64,000 nucleotides of DNA, from the NCBI GenBank assembly GCA_963667015.2, contig CAXXJJ010000001.1:1408001-1472000 (forward strand), given 5' to 3'. Both the position numbers and the translations under genes were made by a program. This DNA comes from Desulfatiglandales bacterium. GTDB taxonomy: Bacteria; Desulfobacterota; DSM-4660; Desulfatiglandales; HGW-15. The notes under the pieces were generated by a model. That model was not told the DNA's origin, searched no databases, and saw nothing but the letters and a program-made list of their open reading frames with translations. Below are positions 59,486 to 64,000 of this stretch, one piece after another (position 1 is the stretch's first letter; each line of letters starts with the position of its first letter).

Positions 59486-60026
59486 TGCACTCTCCCGATA
59501 CTTTATGGAACTGATCCTTTAACTCATTCATGGCTCTGTACATTCGGACCTTTAATGCGCCGACCCCGCAACCAACTATTTCCGCAATCCGGGAATAGGG
59601 TAATCCTGAAAATCTGTAAAGGCTAATTATCTCCCTGTTATCGGGTGATATTCCTTCAAGGGCTGCCCTGAGGAGGTTAACATCTGCCTTGTTTACCAGG
59701 TCTTCCTCAAGGGATTTTTTGCCTTCTTCCGGCATTTCGGGATCTAATTCACTGTTTAACGACCTATTTTTCTTGAAAAAACTTATTTTTTCATTGCGTG
59801 CAATTGAGTACATCCATGTCTTGAAATCAGCGCCTTCTTTGAATGTATGCCTGTATTTTAAAATACTGTAAAAAACATTCTGCACAAGATCTTCGCTGGT
59901 TGAGCTGTCTTTTATCTGAAATTTGAAATAATTGTATAAAATCTTGGAATATTTGCTAAAAAGCTCTTCAAGCTTATGGATATCGCCATTTTTAACACTC
60001 AGCATTATTTCGTGATCCTGTGTCAA
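59472..60026 (-). CDS. ECF RNA polymerase sigma factor
   Basis: EDLVQNVF, FKTWMYSIARN, YSRIAEIVG..GALKVRMYRA; TTG start with GGAG RBS. Confidence 0.93.
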   Translation of the reverse strand: MTQDHEIMLSVKNGDIHKLEELFSKYSKILYNYFKFQIKDSSTSEDLVQNVFYSILKYRHTFKEGADFKTWMYSIARNEKISFFKKNRSLNSELDPEMPEEGKKSLEEDLVNKADVNLLRAALEGISPDNREIISLYRFSGLPYSRIAEIVGCGVGALKVRMYRAMNELKDQFHKVSGECNGRM

Positions 60027-60061
60027 TTCTGCTCCGGAATTTTTTTCATATTTTGATTATA

Positions 60062-60089
60062 AATAGAAACGTTACAGGGAAAGGTTACA
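60062..60089 (-). promoter_or_regulatory. Candidate autoregulatory ECF promoter
   Basis: TGTAAC-ctttccctgtaa-CGTTTCTA about 40 bp upstream of the sigma gene; fits the AAC...CGT/TCTA ECF pattern. Confidence 0.5.
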
Positions 60090-60114
60090 AAAAAAATAAT
60101 AAAGGAATAGTATT

Positions 60115-61752
60115 TTATGGTTTCTTTAATTCCTCCCTGACCGAAACCCCCAGTGTCTGAAAAGTTAAGGGCCTTTTTATGAACTGGCCGGCACCAAGTT
60201 CAAGAGTTGCCTTTACATCATTTGTTTCGGCAAATCCGCTTACAATAACAGCCTTTTGCGAGGGATGTATCTTTTTTATCCTTTCATATGTCTCCCTGCC
60301 GTTTATACCTGGATCCATAATCATATCAAGTATTACTAAATCCACGCTGTGCTCTGTCAGATATTCCACGGCTGCCTCTCCGCTGCTCAAGGTTTGTACC
60401 TGATAACCCAGTTTTTCCAGCATCTTTCCGGATATAATCAGCTGGCTTTCTATATCATCAACAACAAGTATCGTTTCTCCATTGCCTTTGAGATCTTCAA
60501 TTGAAGCAGGTGCGTCTGCTTCGAATATTTCTGTCCTTGTTATGGGAAAATACAGATCAAAAGTAGTTCCCTGTGGTTCGCTTCTAACGTTGATGTATCC
60601 CTCATGCTCCTGTACTACATTCCAGACAACTGCCAGGCCCAGACCGGTTCCGCTCCTGCCAAGTACCTTTTTTGAGTAAAAGGGTTCAAATATTCTGTTG
60701 AGGTCTACAGATGATATTCCTGCGCCATTATCAGATACCGAGAGGACAGCATATTCGCCAGTCCTGACATCATCATAGGCCTTAAGAGGTTTATCCAGGT
60801 ATTGATTGGTTGTTGATATTGTAACAACTCCGGTTCCTTCAATAGCTTCAGAGGCATTTACTATCAGGTTCATTATTATTTTTCTCAGGTGTATATATGA
60901 ACCGTTTACATTCAGCAAAGAATCATCTATTCGGGTTTTAAAGGTTACCGCTGGATTATACCGTTCCAGCTGACTGAACTCGGGAGATTTTAAGTATTCA
61001 TTTATAAGCCTGTTCAGGTTGACGGGCATTTTAGCTGTAGCTACTCCCCTTGCAATTGTCAGAAGGTCCTGGACAATAGAAACAGCCCTGTTTCCGGATT
61101 CCATAATTGTCTCTATAGGTTTTCTAAGCCTGCTGTCTTCCGGTATATCCAGGAGAAGCAATTCGGGATAACTCACAATACCTGACAGGATATTATTCAG
61201 GTCATGGGCTACCCCTCCGGCAAGAAGGCCAAGGGATTCCATCTTCTGGGAACGCTGGAGTTTTTCTTCAAGCCTTTTTTGTTCTTTTTCCGAATTTATC
61301 CGGTCGGTAATATCAATCCATGTTGAAAAGGAATAATAAAGTTCCCCGTTTTCGATGATAGGCGTGACGTACAGGTCTACCCAGAACTGCTCACCGTTTT
61401 TCTTTTTATAAAGTCTTTCAACGTGTTGAATCCCATGCCGGCCGAGTTTCAGCCTGTCATCGAGTGTGCCATATCCGGGATCATCAACCCACCATGAATA
61501 TGGTGCCTTTGTGTTAAGTGCCTCCTCGGCAGTATAACCGGTCAGTTTTTCAAATGCGGGATTTACATATTTAACCGAGGTATCGGTATTAAAAACTATT
61601 ATTGCATTTGGGGAATGCTCAAGCAGACGGGATATAAATCCGAGGCTCTCCTTTAGTGCCTCTTCCGCTATTTTGCGGTCAGTTATTTTAGTAATTTTTT
61701 CAAGATCCTGAATTTTCTGTTCTAATTCTTCATAACTTGGCTTTTTTTTCAT
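60115..61752 (-). CDS. Cytoplasmic PAS-domain hybrid histidine kinase with receiver domain
   Basis: PAS domain; GGVAHDLNNIL; NASEA; DNGAG; GTGLGL; receiver VVDD..LDMIM. Confidence 0.95.
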   Translation of the reverse strand: MKKKPSYEELEQKIQDLEKITKITDRKIAEEALKESLGFISRLLEHSPNAIIVFNTDTSVKYVNPAFEKLTGYTAEEALNTKAPYSWWVDDPGYGTLDDRLKLGRHGIQHVERLYKKKNGEQFWVDLYVTPIIENGELYYSFSTWIDITDRINSEKEQKRLEEKLQRSQKMESLGLLAGGVAHDLNNILSGIVSYPELLLLDIPEDSRLRKPIETIMESGNRAVSIVQDLLTIARGVATAKMPVNLNRLINEYLKSPEFSQLERYNPAVTFKTRIDDSLLNVNGSYIHLRKIIMNLIVNASEAIEGTGVVTISTTNQYLDKPLKAYDDVRTGEYAVLSVSDNGAGISSVDLNRIFEPFYSKKVLGRSGTGLGLAVVWNVVQEHEGYINVRSEPQGTTFDLYFPITRTEIFEADAPASIEDLKGNGETILVVDDIESQLIISGKMLEKLGYQVQTLSSGEAAVEYLTEHSVDLVILDMIMDPGINGRETYERIKKIHPSQKAVIVSGFAETNDVKATLELGAGQFIKRPLTFQTLGVSVREELKKP

Positions 61753-62066
61753 TGTACAGGCCTGTCTTATATTTTAGCGGTAGCTTATACTTATAAAAGT
61801 TGATTTGTCATTACCTCTAAACCTAATAGATAATGCAGCTGGGAAATCAGTGAATATTGCCTTAAAGACCCTTTACTGTATATAATTGAAGCTAAAATAG
61901 CAATATACTGTAGAAATGAACTGATTAAAGAAATTAAAAATACTCATTTTTGATGTAAGTCAACGACAACAGATCGCTTATTCTGATATAAAATAAAGAA
62001 AATCAGGAATACTGTTCCTCTCAATGGGGATGGGACAGATCATGTGGAATAAAGGAGGTAAAAAAG

Positions 62067-62444
62067 ATGGGGCTAACACAGATAGAAAAAAGTACTGAAG
62101 ATGCAAATTCCGGAAAAGGGAAATCAAAGTTACAACCGGGGGAAGCCTTTGAGCTTGCCAGGCTGGTCAACTATGGAGATGATTCTATTGTAAGCCGTAC
62201 ACTGGTTAACAATAATGCCGGAACCATTACCCTTTTTGCCTTTGATGAAGGGCAGGGTCTCAGCGAACATACTGCACCCTTTGATGCCCTGGTCCACATT
62301 GTGGAGGGCGAGAGCGAGGTTATTATAGATGGAAAGTCAAACAGGATTTCTGAGGGGCAGATTATTCTGATGCCGGCGAATGTCCCCCACGCGTTGAATG
62401 CAGCCAAACCTTTTAAAATGATGCTGACAATGCTGCGTAAATAG
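62067..62444 (+). CDS. Cupin-domain protein
   Basis: IVSRTL, TLFAFDEGQGLSEHTAPFDA, MPANVPHAL. Confidence 0.92.
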   Translation: MGLTQIEKSTEDANSGKGKSKLQPGEAFELARLVNYGDDSIVSRTLVNNNAGTITLFAFDEGQGLSEHTAPFDALVHIVEGESEVIIDGKSNRISEGQIILMPANVPHALNAAKPFKMMLTMLRK

Positions 62445-62499
62445 ATAATGTTTAAGTGATGTGCAATTTAAGGTGGCCATTCTTTATATTTCTCTGCAT

Positions 62500-62528
62500 T
62501 TGACATTAATGAACGGCATGACTATAGT
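62500..62528 (+). promoter_or_regulatory. Near-consensus sigma70 promoter
   Basis: TTGACA-N17-TATAGT. Confidence 0.7.
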
Positions 62529-62586
62529 GTCCAAACGATTATTAATATTTAAAAATATTAGATAAAATTTCGAGAACTTTAACTCT

Positions 62587-62624
62587 AGGCCATGGGATTT
62601 TATTGGATCCTGTGGCTTTTTTTT
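62587..62624 (+). terminator. Terminator-like hairpin in the 5' leader
   Basis: aggccatgggat-tttattgg-atcctgtggctt followed by a T-run, between the promoter and the next start codon. Confidence 0.6.
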
Positions 62625-62639
62625 ATTTGGAGACAACCC

Positions 62640-64000
62640 GTGAAATTACTTCTTACTTCAGTATTCGGGCCATATGCGGTAGATGACAAATATGGTGTAA
62701 AAGAAAACAAAATGGAGCTGTTCCATAACCAGGTAACAAGGGAGCAGGGCATTTTTTCCTATCGTTTTAACCATAGAAGTCAGGGATTGTACTTCCTTGC
62801 AGAAAATATTGATATGCCTGCCACGGTTCTGGATTTTCCCGGTCTCAAGCGCTTCAGGCAGGAACTGAAAAAGGGGTATGACTATATAGGAATAAGTTTT
62901 ATTATCCCTAACTTCAAAAAGGCAAGGGAGATGGCAAGGCTTATCCGCAAACTGTCGCCTGAGTCAAAAATTATCCTTGGAGGTCATGGTGTAAATATAC
63001 CCGGCATAGAAACCATGATAGATAACGATTATATATGCAAAGGTGAAGGGGTATATTTTCTGAGAAAACTTTTTGGGGAAAAAGTTGACAGGCCGATAAA
63101 GCACCCGCTGGGTTACAGCTCATTCAACCGGCAGGTCATGGGCGTTCCATGGGCATCCGATTCAGGAATACTTATTACAGGAGTGGGCTGCCCCAATAAA
63201 TGCAGGTTCTGCGCCACATCACATTTTTTTGGGGATTACATTCCCTATTTGAAAAGCGGCCGGGAGATATATGACCTTTGCTGTCAGTATGAGGATGAAA
63301 AAGGGATTACAGATTTTGGCGTCCTGGATGAAAACTTTCTCAAAATGAAAAGCCGGGCCATGGAGTTGCTCGAATTAATGGAGAGTAATAACCGTTACTT
63401 TACATTCGCAATATTCAGCTCGGCCGAAACAATCGGAGAGCTTGATGATCTTGATATACTGGTCAGGATGGGGGTCAATTTCATATGGATCGGTGTTGAA
63501 TCACAGCAGGAGATATACACAAAAAACAAGGGAGTTGATTTTCCTACACTTATAGGGGAATTGAGAAAAAGAGGCATCAGCATTCTTGCATCATCCATCC
63601 TGTTTCTTGAGCAACACGACAAAAAGACGATATGGGAAGATGTTGATTTCGTCACCTCACTTGATCCTGACTATCTACAGTTTGCGTCTCTCGGACCCAT
63701 ACCCGGAACAAAGCTGTACAGCGACTATGAGGCCGAAGGTAAATTAATCCCTGAAATACCCTATGAGTCCCAGCACGGGCAGGGAGAAATATGGTTCAGT
63801 CATGAGCACTTTACAAGGGACGAATCAAGGGAGTTTTTAAGGCTGGCGTTTGAGATAGACTATAACAGGAATGGCGCATCCATGCTCAGGGCGATTAAAA
63901 CGGCATTAATGGGGTACAAATATTGTAATGAACACAAGGATGAAAAGATCAGCAGACATAAGGCCTCAATGGAAAAGAGACTCAAAATGATGAGGTATTT
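62640..64000 (+). CDS. B12-binding-domain radical SAM protein, truncated by the window end
   Basis: GTG start with GGAG RBS; LLLTSVFGPY..MELFHNQVTREQG, KIILGGHG, GCPNKCRFC, LDENFL, IGVES. Absent from the ORF track because there is no stop in the window. Confidence 0.88.
   Translation, partial: MKLLLTSVFGPYAVDDKYGVKENKMELFHNQVTREQGIFSYRFNHRSQGLYFLAENIDMPATVLDFPGLKRFRQELKKGYDYIGISFIIPNFKKAREMARLIRKLSPESKIILGGHGVNIPGIETMIDNDYICKGEGVYFLRKLFGEKVDRPIKHPLGYSSFNRQVMGVPWASDSGILITGVGCPNKCRFCATSHFFGDYIPYLKSGREIYDLCCQYEDEKGITDFGVLDENFLKMKSRAMELLELMESNNRYFTFAIFSSAETIGELDDLDILVRMGVNFIWIGVESQQEIYTKNKGVDFPTLIGELRKRGISILASSILFLEQHDKKTIWEDVDFVTSLDPDYLQFASLGPIPGTKLYSDYEAEGKLIPEIPYESQHGQGEIWFSHEHFTRDESREFLRLAFEIDYNRNGASMLRAIKTALMGYKYCNEHKDEKISRHKASMEKRLKMMRY

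Noticed and set aside
1..64000. CRISPR array, tRNA/rRNA genes, prophage, retron or reverse transcriptase
   Set aside because: No regularly spaced direct repeats, cloverleaf/T-loop signatures, or phage/RT motifs were seen by eye; a tRNAscan and Infernal run would be needed to exclude small RNAs.

Overview
AT-rich bacterial DNA whose gene content and promoter style suggest an anaerobic deltaproteobacterium (Desulfobacterota-like); this is inference only. Left to right: the 3' end of a probable PRPP synthetase; a small toxin-antitoxin islet (hicBA, antitoxin plus dead relE) next to a dif-like Xer site and a structured non-coding remnant; uvrA; a redox operon whose flavodoxin-like gene is split by a defective IS200. 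About 9-31 kb is a probable aromatic/plant-phenolic catabolic island: PhlG-like C-C hydrolase, AprA/SdhA-like flavoprotein plus ferredoxin, TonB receptor, two near-identical inverted tetR genes with a triplicated promoter/operator, five SnoaL/NTF2-like enzymes (one LdpA-like), Zn-ADH, MoaF-like protein, ptb-buk. At 31-44 kb is a 13-gene TonB/ABC uptake-and-modification operon (three methyltransferases, a radical SAM fused to a binding-protein lobe, FmdE, DUF364, SPFH) preceded by a NikR-like palindrome. Then a candidate sRNA, a liv-type ABC transporter, a Ser/Thr kinase-HDOD fusion, a Tat-exported xanthine-oxidase-family molybdoenzyme with a rewired active site, an ECF sigma/anti-sigma module, a hybrid kinase, a cupin and a B12-binding radical SAM gene cut by the window end. 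No tRNA, rRNA or CRISPR array was seen. All family assignments are from motif recognition by eye; no searches were run.
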